From: a bacterium
Lineage (GTDB): Bacteria; Patescibacteriota; Dojkabacteria; SC72
NCBI GenBank assembly: GCA_017958745.1
Contig: JAGDCC010000034.1
Coordinates: 1 to 51,716 of the forward strand
DNA: 51,716 bases
Reading direction: 5' to 3'
Below are positions 27,691 to 36,788 of this stretch, in pieces. The notes under the pieces are model-generated. The model searched no databases. It saw only the letters and a list, made by a program, of their open reading frames with translations, and was not told the origin of the DNA. The first letter of the stretch is position 1; each line of letters starts with the position of its first letter. The translations under genes were made by a program, and so were the position numbers.

Positions 27691-29076
27691 TTAAATTATG
27701 TTTAATTTACACAGATAATCTGGAAGTATGTATAGCCCAACACTATGACTTGCTTTAATTAAAATTGCAACTTTTTGGTCTTTTAACTCTTTCAATCTTG
27801 TTTCTAGAATAGAAGTCATTTCATCCACAGAACTAACGTGTTTTCCGTAGTTAAATTCATTAAAACTATTTCCAATGTAATATACTTCATTAAAACTATG
27901 TTTACTTACATTCTTCCCAAGTTCTTTATGTAATTGCTCACTAACATCTCCTAATTCACTCATATCACCTAATATAACTATTGTATGATAAGAATCATTT
28001 TCATATAGTCTAGAAAATGACGTTATAGACATTTTCATAGAGTCTGGATTTGCATTGTATGCATCATTAATAATTAGTAGGTTGTTATTAATTTCTATTT
28101 TCTCAAATCTACCTAATTGACCAGTAAATGTTGATATATATTTAATAGAGGAAGATATTTCTATGCCTAGCAATTTTGCTGCAATAATTGCTGCTATAGA
28201 ATCATAAACGTATCCTTCTCCGTATACAGAAAGGTTTACATCGTATTGCTTACCTTCATTAACAAATGAGTAGTGTGTGCCTTGCTCGTCAACAAGAATA
28301 TTTTTAATTTTGTATTCTGCTTTATCACTTTGTCCAAATGTATAAAGAGGACATAATTTGTTGTAATGAACCGGAATCTTAGATAAATATTCATCATCAA
28401 TGTTAAGTATGAGTGGCTTACCTGTTTTCTCCATGTAATCTGCTAAATCTTTTTTCTCCTTGTATACTTCTTCTATTCCTCCGAGTTTTCCAGCATGTAC
28501 ATATCCAATATTGAGTAGTATGCCAATATCTGGATCTGTAGAATTACAATGCCAAGCAATTTCTCCTTTGCTATCCATTGCGCATTCAAGCACAATGACA
28601 TCTTCGTCTTTGTAGCATGCGAGAAGTTCTGCATTTCCCCAGACTGTATTTGTGTTGTCACTAGAGAGTACTTTTTTCTCTTTTTCTAATATATGCGTCA
28701 ACATTCTTCTAGTTGTTGTCTTTCCAGTGCTTCCTGTAATTGCCACAATAGGCTTAGAAATATTACCAATATAATAGTTTAATACTTTTTGTAGTCCTTC
28801 TTGTATGCTGTCTACTAATATTATTGGTTTGTTTACATCCGTAAGATGATTTGTTTTGGAATTCTCACATAAAGAAACGGAAGCCCCGTTATCTAGTGAT
28901 GCTTTGATGAATTCGTGACCGTCGAATTTGTCTCCTATAATGGGTATGTATAGAGAATCTTTCTGCATGTCTCTAGAATCGTGGCTGAATGATGTGAAGT
29001 ATGCATCTGGATTGTAATTTTTGAATTCAAATTCTGGGAACCTGTCTTTTATGTCTTTTAAATAGATTTTGTTCAT
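27691..29076 (-). CDS. murF: UDP-N-acetylmuramoyl-tripeptide--D-alanyl-D-alanine ligase
   Basis: Mur ligase P-loop ITGSTGKTTTRRML, DAYNANPDSM and overall MurF length. Confidence 0.88.
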   Translation of the reverse strand: MNKIYLKDIKDRFPEFEFKNYNPDAYFTSFSHDSRDMQKDSLYIPIIGDKFDGHEFIKASLDNGASVSLCENSKTNHLTDVNKPIILVDSIQEGLQKVLNYYIGNISKPIVAITGSTGKTTTRRMLTHILEKEKKVLSSDNTNTVWGNAELLACYKDEDVIVLECAMDSKGEIAWHCNSTDPDIGILLNIGYVHAGKLGGIEEVYKEKKDLADYMEKTGKPLILNIDDEYLSKIPVHYNKLCPLYTFGQSDKAEYKIKNILVDEQGTHYSFVNEGKQYDVNLSVYGEGYVYDSIAAIIAAKLLGIEISSSIKYISTFTGQLGRFEKIEINNNLLIINDAYNANPDSMKMSITSFSRLYENDSYHTIVILGDMSELGDVSEQLHKELGKNVSKHSFNEVYYIGNSFNEFNYGKHVSSVDEMTSILETRLKELKDQKVAILIKASHSVGLYILPDYLCKLNII

Positions 29077-29264
29077 AGTGATTCATTAACATTTTATTAA
29101 ATAAGCTACTTTAGCAACATCTAGTAGCAATTTCAATAAAATGGATGACTTATATAACTATTTTGGAGAATTATTTTCAATGGTGGTTAGTACCTATAGT
29201 ACAATTCAACTAATTTAATAAAGGTAGATTTCTGCATGTATGACTGACCTGTAGTTGTGTTCTC

Positions 29265-29293
29265 TTGACACTATATACCCTCGATGTTATCTT
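29265..29293 (+). promoter_or_regulatory. Candidate mraZ/dcw promoter (TTGACA-17 nt-TATCTT)
   Basis: A perfect -35 hexamer at 29265..29270, a 17-nt spacer, and a -10-like TATCTT at 29288..29293. Confidence 0.4.
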
Positions 29294-29302
29294 AAGGTCA
29301 AG

Positions 29303-29328
29303 AAGTGGCACAAAGTGGTGAAAGGTGG
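29303..29328 (+). promoter_or_regulatory. Three direct GTGG-containing repeats at exact 10-bp phasing (candidate MraZ operator)
   Basis: AAGTGG (29303), AAGTGG (29313) and AGGTGG (29323). The array ends 12 nt before the mraZ ATG and lies just downstream of the candidate promoter. Confidence 0.55.
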
Positions 29329-29340
29329 TAAGATAAGAAA

Positions 29341-29778
29341 ATGCTAATTGGAGAATACAGGAATAAAATTGGAGAAAAGAAAAGAATTGCCCTTCCTAAA
29401 AAATTTAGAGATGAATTAGGCGATGACATAATTCTAACAAGAGGATATGAAGGAGCACTAATCATCGTAAACAAGAAAATGTGGGAAAACATCGCAAAGG
29501 ATGTAATGAACGGCTCTTTTATAAATAAAGATATTAGAGACACCAGTAGATTTCTAGTTGGTGGTGCAAATGAGATAACACTAGATGGACAGGGTAGATT
29601 TGTCATTCCAGAGCCATTGTTTGAGTATGCGAATTTAAGTAATGAAATAGTTTTTTTAGGATTGGTAAATTGGATAGAAATATGGGATAAAGAGAAGTGG
29701 GAGAAGAGATTATCGTATTTACAAGAACATGGTGACGAAATTGCCCAAGAGATTAATAAAATGAGTACTTCTAATTAA
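29341..29778 (+). CDS. mraZ: Transcriptional regulator MraZ
   Basis: Two SpoVT/AbrB-like halves: EKKRIALPKKFRDELG and LDGQGRFVIPEPLFEYANL. Confidence 0.95.
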   Translation: MLIGEYRNKIGEKKRIALPKKFRDELGDDIILTRGYEGALIIVNKKMWENIAKDVMNGSFINKDIRDTSRFLVGGANEITLDGQGRFVIPEPLFEYANLSNEIVFLGLVNWIEIWDKEKWEKRLSYLQEHGDEIAQEINKMSTSN

Positions 29779-30710
29779 TGGAAAAGATACACAAAACTGT
29801 ACTGCTCAAAGAAGCAACCGATTCATTAAATGTAAAAGAAGACGGGTGTTATATAGATTGCACACTTGGAGACGGTGGAAATAGCATAGAGATACTTAAT
29901 AGACTTACCTACAAGGGTTTATTGATAAGTATCGATCAAGATATTAATGCTATAAATTTTGTAAAAGAATATTACAAAGAAGAATTATCCACACATACAA
30001 ACTGGAAAATACATAAAAGCAATTTTAAAGATATAGATAAAATTGCAGAGGAATACTGTAGGAAGGCAGATGGAATAATCATGGATTTAGGTATTTCATC
30101 AAGACAGTTGGAAGATTCTCACAATAGAGGCTTTAGTTACTTAGAAAGCGAAGAACCATTAGATATGAGAATGGATACAAGTCTAGCTGTGACTGCAAAA
30201 GATTTGCTAAATGCTTTATCAGAAAAAGAGCTTACCTATATTTTTAGAAAATATGGAGAGGAAAGATATAGCAGTAAAATTGCCAAGGCAATAAAGCAAG
30301 ATGTTTCTAATATCAATACTGTTGGAGATCTTACAAGACTTATCTACAAAGTAATACCGGCAGATAACTCTATCAACAAGAACCCATCCCGCAGGGTTTT
30401 TCAAGCTCTGCGGATTGTGGTAAATGATGAGATTGTCAGCTTAGAACAGGCATTAGATAACTCTTTTAAGATCTTGAATATAGGAGGAAGATTAGTTGTA
30501 ATATCTTTTCATTCTCTAGAAGATAGAACTATTAAAAACTTCTTCAATGATAAGCAGAAGAAATGCGAGGGTGAATTACCTCTCGGAAGTCAATTTATCG
30601 CCCCAACCGACAGAGAGGTAGTTGACAATCCTCGCTCATCCTCTGCCAAACTAAGAATACTTATTAAACTGAAAGAAGGAAATGAATTTTTTAAAATGGA
30701 TACAAAATAA
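29778..30710 (+). CDS. rsmH: 16S rRNA (cytosine1402-N4)-methyltransferase RsmH (MraW)
   Basis: HKTVLLKEATDSLNV, YIDCTLGDGGNS, DLGISSRQLED and ISFHSLEDR. Confidence 0.95.
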   Translation: MEKIHKTVLLKEATDSLNVKEDGCYIDCTLGDGGNSIEILNRLTYKGLLISIDQDINAINFVKEYYKEELSTHTNWKIHKSNFKDIDKIAEEYCRKADGIIMDLGISSRQLEDSHNRGFSYLESEEPLDMRMDTSLAVTAKDLLNALSEKELTYIFRKYGEERYSSKIAKAIKQDVSNINTVGDLTRLIYKVIPADNSINKNPSRRVFQALRIVVNDEIVSLEQALDNSFKILNIGGRLVVISFHSLEDRTIKNFFNDKQKKCEGELPLGSQFIAPTDREVVDNPRSSSAKLRILIKLKEGNEFFKMDTK

Positions 30711-30987
30711 TATATTTACGGCATTATTGGTAGTATCCTTTTTACTATTTATTCTTTCTCAATTAATTATTAATTCCATCTTAGCTCCACTAGGAACAGA
30801 ACTTCAGAGTCTCAGTAGCGAAAAGAAATACTTACAGGGAGAGAATAGAGGAATGGAAGAGGAAATTGCAAAGAGTAAGTCTATAATTATCATACAAGAG
30901 TTAGCTTCGAGTAGTCTGAAATTATCTAGCACGAATACAAAAACGGTTATCTATCTTGAGGATGATAATTTAGTTGCAAGCAAATAA
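30682..30987 (+). CDS. FtsL-like small bitopic division protein
   Basis: 101 aa with one TM helix (IFTALLVVSFLLFILSQLII) followed by a coiled-coil-like segment. It sits between rsmH and ftsI, overlaps rsmH by 29 nt, and its stop overlaps the ftsI start (TAATG). Confidence 0.55.
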   Translation: MNFLKWIQNNIFTALLVVSFLLFILSQLIINSILAPLGTELQSLSSEKKYLQGENRGMEEEIAKSKSIIIIQELASSSLKLSSTNTKTVIYLEDDNLVASK

Positions 30988-32843
30988 TGTCAAAGCTTAA
31001 TACCCTATACAAAAGGAGTAACGACAAGATTATCAATAAAAAGAAATGGAGTGGTTCTGGCCATGGAAAAGCATCAGAAAGTGCTAACCCTCTAAGAATT
31101 GTTACATTCCTAGTTACTTTGGCTGCCTTTATTGTTGTTGTCCAATCCTTTAGGTGGCAGATTGTTTATGCAGATAAGTTCAAGAATCTGTCTAGTAATC
31201 AGTATACTTCTACAAGTACACAAGATGTTAAAAGGGGAAGTATTCTTACGAAAGATGGCACTGTTCTTGCTGTAGATAAGCCTATCTATAATGTATATGC
31301 AACGTTGAGTTTAGAAGAAGAGGAAAGAGAGATATTCTTTAGTCATCTAGATGAATTTGTTGCAGAAGTATCTGGAATTCTTAATCTTGAGGAAGATGAA
31401 GTTAGAAAGAAGTTGCCGAATGATTTTGTATATGCGCCTCTTGCTAAAGGTATATCTGCAGATAAGAAAAAAGCTTTAGAGGAAGCGAATATTTTTGGTG
31501 AAGGAACCGAAGGTTTTGGGTTATATTTTGAAGGTGAAGAAGAGCGAATTTATCCAAACGGTACCCTTGCATCTCATTTGCTTGGATTCCTAGGAAAAAA
31601 TGAGAAAGGGGAAACGACTGGTGAGTATGGTGTTCAAGGTTATTATTATGGAGATCTTATAGGAAAGGAAGGCTATTCTTACGAGGAAAAAGATTCTTCT
31701 GGAAATACAATTCTTACTAGTGAATACAAAGTTATTACTGCTAGAGATGGTAAGAATATAACACTTACTATAGATGCTAATATACAGAGTAAAGTAGAGA
31801 AGATTCTTGCTGAAAGAGTAAAGTCTGTAAAAGCAAAGAGTGGTTCTGCAATTATTATGGAACCTTCTACTGGCAGAATTATTGCGATGGCCAATTATCC
31901 TGATTATGATCCAAGCAAGTATTGGCGTGTTTCTGATTCTTGGATATTAAAGAATAGAGCGGTCTCTGATGCGTACGAGTATGGTTCTGTAATGAAGCCG
32001 ATTACTTTTGCAATTGTTATTGAGTCTGGTTTTATAGATAAAAATTATATTTGTAATGATGAAACAGGATATTTGGATTTGTATGATGCAACTTGTTATG
32101 CTGTTTTGATAGGAAGAAAGGTGTATACGTGGAATAGGTTAGCAAATGGTACACAAACAATTTCTGATATCTTGAAGAATTCTAGTAATCCATGCACTGC
32201 AAAAGCAGCACTGTCTTATGACTCTAAGACATTTTATGACTATTTAAGTAGGTTTGGTATTTCTCAATATATTGGTATTGGATTAGAGGAGGAAGCGACA
32301 AACTATCTTAAGTCCTTTGATTATTGGACAAAGTTAGATATTATTACGGCTTCTTTTGGTCAGAGTATTACTGCTACTCCATTGCAGCTTATCTCTGCGT
32401 TGAGCACATTTGCCAATAATGGCGTGAGAATGAAGCCTTATATTATAGATAGTATTAGTGATGATAATGAAACTATTTCTACTAAACCATCTGTTATTTC
32501 TACTCCTGTCTCTGAAGATACAGCGCACTTTATTAGAGATGCTATGTTAGAAGCTGTAGATAACGGACTTCTTGGACTTCTTGCAGGAGATTTAAAGAAT
32601 TATAGTATTGCTGCTAAGACTGGAACTGCACAGGCAATAGATCCTGAAAATGGTGGTTACAAAGATGATGTGACAAATGATACTGTTGTAGGATTTGCTC
32701 CAGCAGAGAATCCTAAGATTATTATGCTTGTGAAAATGGAGGAACCTCATATTTCTTATTATGCAAGTTCCACAACTGTACCAGCATGGAGAGAGATATT
32801 TCTTTCTATTGCAGATGACCTAGAAATACCAACAAGAAATTGA
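30987..32843 (+). CDS. ftsI: Class B penicillin-binding protein (FtsI/PBP2-type transpeptidase)
   Basis: N-terminal TM anchor, dimerisation domain, and transpeptidase motifs GSVMKP (SxxK), SSN and KTGTA. It ends in TGA. Confidence 0.88.
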   Translation: MSKLNTLYKRSNDKIINKKKWSGSGHGKASESANPLRIVTFLVTLAAFIVVVQSFRWQIVYADKFKNLSSNQYTSTSTQDVKRGSILTKDGTVLAVDKPIYNVYATLSLEEEEREIFFSHLDEFVAEVSGILNLEEDEVRKKLPNDFVYAPLAKGISADKKKALEEANIFGEGTEGFGLYFEGEEERIYPNGTLASHLLGFLGKNEKGETTGEYGVQGYYYGDLIGKEGYSYEEKDSSGNTILTSEYKVITARDGKNITLTIDANIQSKVEKILAERVKSVKAKSGSAIIMEPSTGRIIAMANYPDYDPSKYWRVSDSWILKNRAVSDAYEYGSVMKPITFAIVIESGFIDKNYICNDETGYLDLYDATCYAVLIGRKVYTWNRLANGTQTISDILKNSSNPCTAKAALSYDSKTFYDYLSRFGISQYIGIGLEEEATNYLKSFDYWTKLDIITASFGQSITATPLQLISALSTFANNGVRMKPYIIDSISDDNETISTKPSVISTPVSEDTAHFIRDAMLEAVDNGLLGLLAGDLKNYSIAAKTGTAQAIDPENGGYKDDVTNDTVVGFAPAENPKIIMLVKMEEPHISYYASSTTVPAWREIFLSIADDLEIPTRN

Positions 32844-32875
32844 GATAATAGCTAATTTATTTAATTATTAATTAT

Positions 32876-33916
32876 ATGATAGATATACTAAAAACAACAT
32901 TTATAGACCTTTTTATTTCTACAGTTGTGTCTATTATTTTTGCTCCGTTTATGATTAATCTTCTTTATAAGTTTAATCAGGTGAGTGGAATAAAGAAGTC
33001 TAAGATTGGTGGAGGTAGTGGAGATAATTCTCTTTTTATGAAGTTAATGAACTCTGCAGCAACTAACGGTACACCAAATATGGGTGGTGTGATGATTTGG
33101 ATTATTGTTCCAATTCTTGTTCTTCTTCTTTGTAATGTTACACCAATCGTTAAGGTTTATTTGATTGGTTTTGTGATATTTGGTTTCTGGGGTTTTATAG
33201 ACGTTGTTATTTTTACAAATGGATTTAGAAACAATGAAAAGATGAAAGCTTTCCAGGAGTCTTTTGAATGGCGTTTGTTTAAGCTTGTGTTTGCTATTAT
33301 TCTTAATATTATAGTTATGTTCCTTTTGTATAGAACTGGTACTTTGGATACTATTAGTATTACTAGTGCTCTTGCTATAAACTTTACACCACTTCTTTGT
33401 ATTGTTTCTGGTATTATTGGACAGTTTGCTATTTATGCAGCGGAGCTTACAGACGGATCTGATGGTTTAATGATTGGTATCTTCACAATAATAAATGTAT
33501 CCATGATGGTTCTTTTGACAGTACAAGGTCAATACGAGTTCCTTCCAATTTTAGGAATAATATTGGGCTGCCAAATTGTAGATCTTTACTTTAATATCCC
33601 ACCTGCAAGATTTTGGAATGGTGGTCCTGGTACTATGCCACTTGGATTTACTATGTTCTTTGTTGGTTTGTTAAGTGGGAATATTATTCCTTATTTCTCT
33701 ATGACTGCTATAACATGGGTTATTATGGCATCCAGTATGATACAGATTTTGTCTATGCGCTTCTTTAAGAGGAGAGTATTTATAATTGCTCCATTGCATC
33801 ATCACTTACAGGCTAAGGGGTGGCCACAGTACAAGGTTGTTATGAGATTCTGGTTGTTTACTACATTTCTTTGTGTGGTCGGTATATTCTTAGGATTGGT
33901 GATAGGAGATTATTAA
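32876..33916 (+). CDS. mraY: Phospho-N-acetylmuramoyl-pentapeptide transferase
   Basis: Polytopic membrane protein with TPNMGG, TDGSDGL and APLHHHLQAKGW motifs. Confidence 0.93.
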   Translation: MIDILKTTFIDLFISTVVSIIFAPFMINLLYKFNQVSGIKKSKIGGGSGDNSLFMKLMNSAATNGTPNMGGVMIWIIVPILVLLLCNVTPIVKVYLIGFVIFGFWGFIDVVIFTNGFRNNEKMKAFQESFEWRLFKLVFAIILNIIVMFLLYRTGTLDTISITSALAINFTPLLCIVSGIIGQFAIYAAELTDGSDGLMIGIFTIINVSMMVLLTVQGQYEFLPILGIILGCQIVDLYFNIPPARFWNGGPGTMPLGFTMFFVGLLSGNIIPYFSMTAITWVIMASSMIQILSMRFFKRRVFIIAPLHHHLQAKGWPQYKVVMRFWLFTTFLCVVGIFLGLVIGDY

Positions 33917-33926
33917 TACGAAAAAT

Positions 33927-34091
33927 ATGGTTGAGGTTAAACAGTTTGACAAAATAGAAACTAAGGATGGTAGACTAGCCGCTATTCTGTTCCACAAAAT
34001 TGGTACAGATTATGCACTTGTTGAATATGATGATGATGGTTCTGATGATAATCTTCTATTAGAAGATATTAAAAGAGTTATAAAAAAATGA
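33927..34091 (+). CDS. Possible 54-aa acidic protein (below the ORF-track length cut-off)
   Basis: Translates to MVEVKQFDKIETKDGRLAAILFHKIGTDYALVEYDDDGSDDNLLLEDIKRVIKK, 10 nt after the mraY stop, and ends in TGA. There is no SD and no recognisable family. Confidence 0.3.
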   Translation: MVEVKQFDKIETKDGRLAAILFHKIGTDYALVEYDDDGSDDNLLLEDIKRVIKK

Positions 34092-34101
34092 ATAAACGCT
34101 T

Positions 34102-34755
34102 TTAATTATTGGTATCACATACTACTACACCATTTTTGCATTCGCAGACTTTGTTGTCGCTAGAGCTAAATACTGCATCGTTTGCATATAGATGGTTATT
34201 GTAATAGCACGTATTTAGGTTTATTAATGTACCATCTTCTGCTTTGTAATATGTAGTCAAATCCTTACCGTTTTCTGTTTGTTTTGTTAAATCTATATCT
34301 GTTATCTTGAAATAATTAGAAACGACACATGGTTGTGTATATACGGATGGATTATCGTTTGTTACTACTTTAAGTATGAGGTTGCCGTTATCTAATTTAT
34401 AAAAACCAGCTTGAGATGGAAGCTCTTTATTATCTGTACAAAGGGCTTCTCTTTCTAAAACAATAGATACCGTATTGTCTTTGTAAGAGATATTTGTTGT
34501 CGTAATCTTAGATTTATTTATAGTCTTTCTTTCCAATACACTTAGGTATTTGAATGTAAAATCTAAGTTATTTGTAACGAATGATCCATCTGATGCGTCT
34601 ATGATGTTGTCATCTGTCATTTTTTTGTTATTATCACTCTCTTTATTATCTTTAAACAACCCAGACTGTAGTATTACTACTACAGAAAGTAAGCCGACTA
34701 AAGAGAATGTTATAAATAGTAGCCAATTCCGATGTGCATACTCTCTATTTTCCAT
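34102..34755 (-). CDS. Membrane-anchored extracytoplasmic protein of unknown function, multiple Cys
   Basis: 217 aa with an N-terminal TM helix (WLLFITFSLVGLLSVVVIL) and six Cys residues, including a C-terminal CECKNGVVVC. Confidence 0.55.
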   Translation of the reverse strand: MENREYAHRNWLLFITFSLVGLLSVVVILQSGLFKDNKESDNNKKMTDDNIIDASDGSFVTNNLDFTFKYLSVLERKTINKSKITTTNISYKDNTVSIVLEREALCTDNKELPSQAGFYKLDNGNLILKVVTNDNPSVYTQPCVVSNYFKITDIDLTKQTENGKDLTTYYKAEDGTLINLNTCYYNNHLYANDAVFSSSDNKVCECKNGVVVCDTNN

Positions 34756-34781
34756 AGCTTAGACATTCTATCACATATTTA

Positions 34782-34790
34782 TGATAAAAT
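34782..34790 (+). promoter_or_regulatory. Extended -10 element (TGATAAAAT), 6 nt before the tatD ATG
   Basis: Same geometry as the element at 14665..14673, and no SD is present. Confidence 0.4.
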
Positions 34791-34796
34791 GTCAAA

Positions 34797-35675
34797 ATGC
34801 ACGATTCTCATTGTCACATACAGGATGAGCCGCTTATGTCTAATATTGCGGATGTTATAGATTTGTTTGTTAAAAATAATGGCAAACATATTCTTGTTCA
34901 GGGCACAGATTTGGTAGATTTTGCAGATGCGTTTTCTATTGCAGAGAGATTTAATAAACTGTATCCGAGGCTGATACAGACAGCTATTGGCCTGCATCCA
35001 TCATATTTCCAAGAGATTACTGTAGATAAAGGTATTACAGATAATCTTTATGAGATTTCTCAGAAAGCTATAGATAAATATAATAAATATTTTGCAGATA
35101 AATGTAATGATATTTCTGCAATAGGAGAAACTGGATTAGATTATTATGGCTTAGATAGAGAGGAGTATACAGAAGAATTGGTAGAACAGTTTAAGGAGAT
35201 ACAAAAAATATCTTTGAGAAACCAGCTGAGACTTGCAAAGAGGCATATGCTTCCACTTAGTTTGCATGTTAGAGGTGATAAAAGTTGTGTGAAGGATGCT
35301 CTTCGACTAATAGCAGAAGAGGGAGATGGGCTGCTTCGAGGTAGTTTTCACAGTTATACAGGAGATATAGGCTTAGTAGAAGATATCTTAGATATTGGAT
35401 TTTGTATCGGTTTTAATGCAATTATTACATACAAGAGTGGGCAGATTGTTAGAGATATTATAAAAAAGGTTCCTGTAGACAGAATACTTTTTGAGACAGA
35501 TGCTCCATTTTTGCCTCCGCAGTCTGTGAGGAAGAATAAGCATATTAAAGAGAAGTTCTCTCAGCCGTATGATGTTAAGGAGATTATACAGACCTCTGCA
35601 GATGTATTAGGCATGAATCCTGTATATTTAGAAGATAATGCCGATGATAACTATAATAGGGTATTTCTATCTTAA
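34797..35675 (+). CDS. tatD: TatD-family metal-dependent hydrolase/DNase
   Basis: MHDSHCHIQD, GETGLDYY, SLHVRGD, SFHSYTG and FETDAPFL motifs. Confidence 0.88.
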   Translation: MHDSHCHIQDEPLMSNIADVIDLFVKNNGKHILVQGTDLVDFADAFSIAERFNKLYPRLIQTAIGLHPSYFQEITVDKGITDNLYEISQKAIDKYNKYFADKCNDISAIGETGLDYYGLDREEYTEELVEQFKEIQKISLRNQLRLAKRHMLPLSLHVRGDKSCVKDALRLIAEEGDGLLRGSFHSYTGDIGLVEDILDIGFCIGFNAIITYKSGQIVRDIIKKVPVDRILFETDAPFLPPQSVRKNKHIKEKFSQPYDVKEIIQTSADVLGMNPVYLEDNADDNYNRVFLS

Positions 35676-35717
35676 TTGTGGTATTATAAATAATTAATTT
35701 AATAAAATTGTACCCCT

Positions 35718-36023
35718 ATGAAAAGATTATACAGAGCAGATAAGAACCAAGTTATTGGAGGTGTTTGTGCAGGTATTGCAGAATATTTTGATATAGATCC
35801 AACTATCGTGAGAGTAATATTTGTAGCATTGGTATTAGGAGAAGGTTTTGGTGTACTTTTATATCTTATTCTATGGGTATTATTACCAACAAAATCTTCT
35901 TTAGAGGATGACCAGAGTGAAACTATACAGAAGAATAAGGAGGAAATAAAGACAGTCATAAAGAAAACAGCAAAAGAGATAAAGAAAGAAGTTAAGACAG
36001 ATACTGCTAAAAAGAATAAGTAA
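35718..36023 (+). CDS. PspC-domain membrane protein
   Basis: RLYRADKNQVIGGVCAGIAEYFDIDPTIVRVIFV followed by a TM helix. Confidence 0.85.
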   Translation: MKRLYRADKNQVIGGVCAGIAEYFDIDPTIVRVIFVALVLGEGFGVLLYLILWVLLPTKSSLEDDQSETIQKNKEEIKTVIKKTAKEIKKEVKTDTAKKNK

Positions 36024-36054
36024 TTTATTTAAATTATTTTTATTACATAGTCTT

Positions 36055-36729
36055 ATGAGTAAGAAAAAAGATTCTGTATTTGGTTATGTTGTTCTTGGTG
36101 TAGGTTGTGTTGTCTTGCTTAATAAATTGAATATCTTAGATTTAAATATTTGGGATATTGTTAGTAGGTATTGGTATGTAATAGTTATTCTTTTTGGTCT
36201 AAGAATGGCATTTGGAGAGAATAAGCCTTTTGGTTGGTTAATCACAGTTGTTTTTACTCTTTTGTTTATTAACAATACTTTTAATATCAGTATTTCTAAT
36301 CTTATTTGGCCATTGATACTTATCTTTATTGGATTATCTATCATATTAGAAGATAAACATAATGGTGATAATTCTATACAAGAAGGAGAAAAGATAGAGG
36401 ATGATGATTTCTTTAAGGATACAGCTATTCTTTGGGAGAGGGATAAAGTTTTTGGTAAAAAAGAGTTTGTTGGTGGAAAAATATTGGTTGCTTGTGGAGA
36501 ATATCATTTGGATTTGAGAAAGGTGACCATTGAAGAGAAAGCTAGGTTAGAACTTAGAACTATTATTGGTGAGATTAAAGTTAAGGTTCCAAAGAATTGT
36601 AGAGTAGTCATAGACGGAAAAACTGTTCTTGGAGAATGGAATTCTAATTTGGAAAGTAGAGATGTTAAGACTCCTGTGTTAGAGATATACGGAAAAGCTA
36701 TTCTCGGTGAGATAAGTATAGAAGAATAG
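36055..36729 (+). CDS. Membrane protein with LiaF-like C-terminal domain (putative envelope-stress module partner of PspC)
   Basis: Four N-terminal TM segments and a C-terminal beta-rich domain (ILVACGEYHLDLRK...GEIKVKVPKNCRVVIDGKTVLGE). The call rests mainly on the adjacency to pspC, which is typical. Confidence 0.5.
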   Translation: MSKKKDSVFGYVVLGVGCVVLLNKLNILDLNIWDIVSRYWYVIVILFGLRMAFGENKPFGWLITVVFTLLFINNTFNISISNLIWPLILIFIGLSIILEDKHNGDNSIQEGEKIEDDDFFKDTAILWERDKVFGKKEFVGGKILVACGEYHLDLRKVTIEEKARLELRTIIGEIKVKVPKNCRVVIDGKTVLGEWNSNLESRDVKTPVLEIYGKAILGEISIEE

Positions 36730-36788
36730 ACAAGGCATATTTAATGATGTATTCTGTATTTTGTATAAGGTAATAAAAAACGGTAAGG

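Noticed and set aside
29137-29220. Small + strand ORF in the murF-mraZ intergenic region (MDDLYNYFGELFSMVVSTYSTIQLI) and the 6-bp inverted repeat GCTACT-N11-AGTAGC near 29110..29135.
   Set aside because: The ORF is 25 codons with no SD or promoter geometry. The inverted repeat is short enough to be expected by chance in an AT-rich 264-bp divergent promoter region.
29321-29330. SD-like AAAGGTGG upstream of mraZ.
   Set aside because: It is the third unit of a 10-bp-phased direct repeat array (29303, 29313, 29323), so it is better explained as an MraZ box. It also ends 12 nt from the ATG, longer than the 6-8 nt seen at the clear SD sites in this window.
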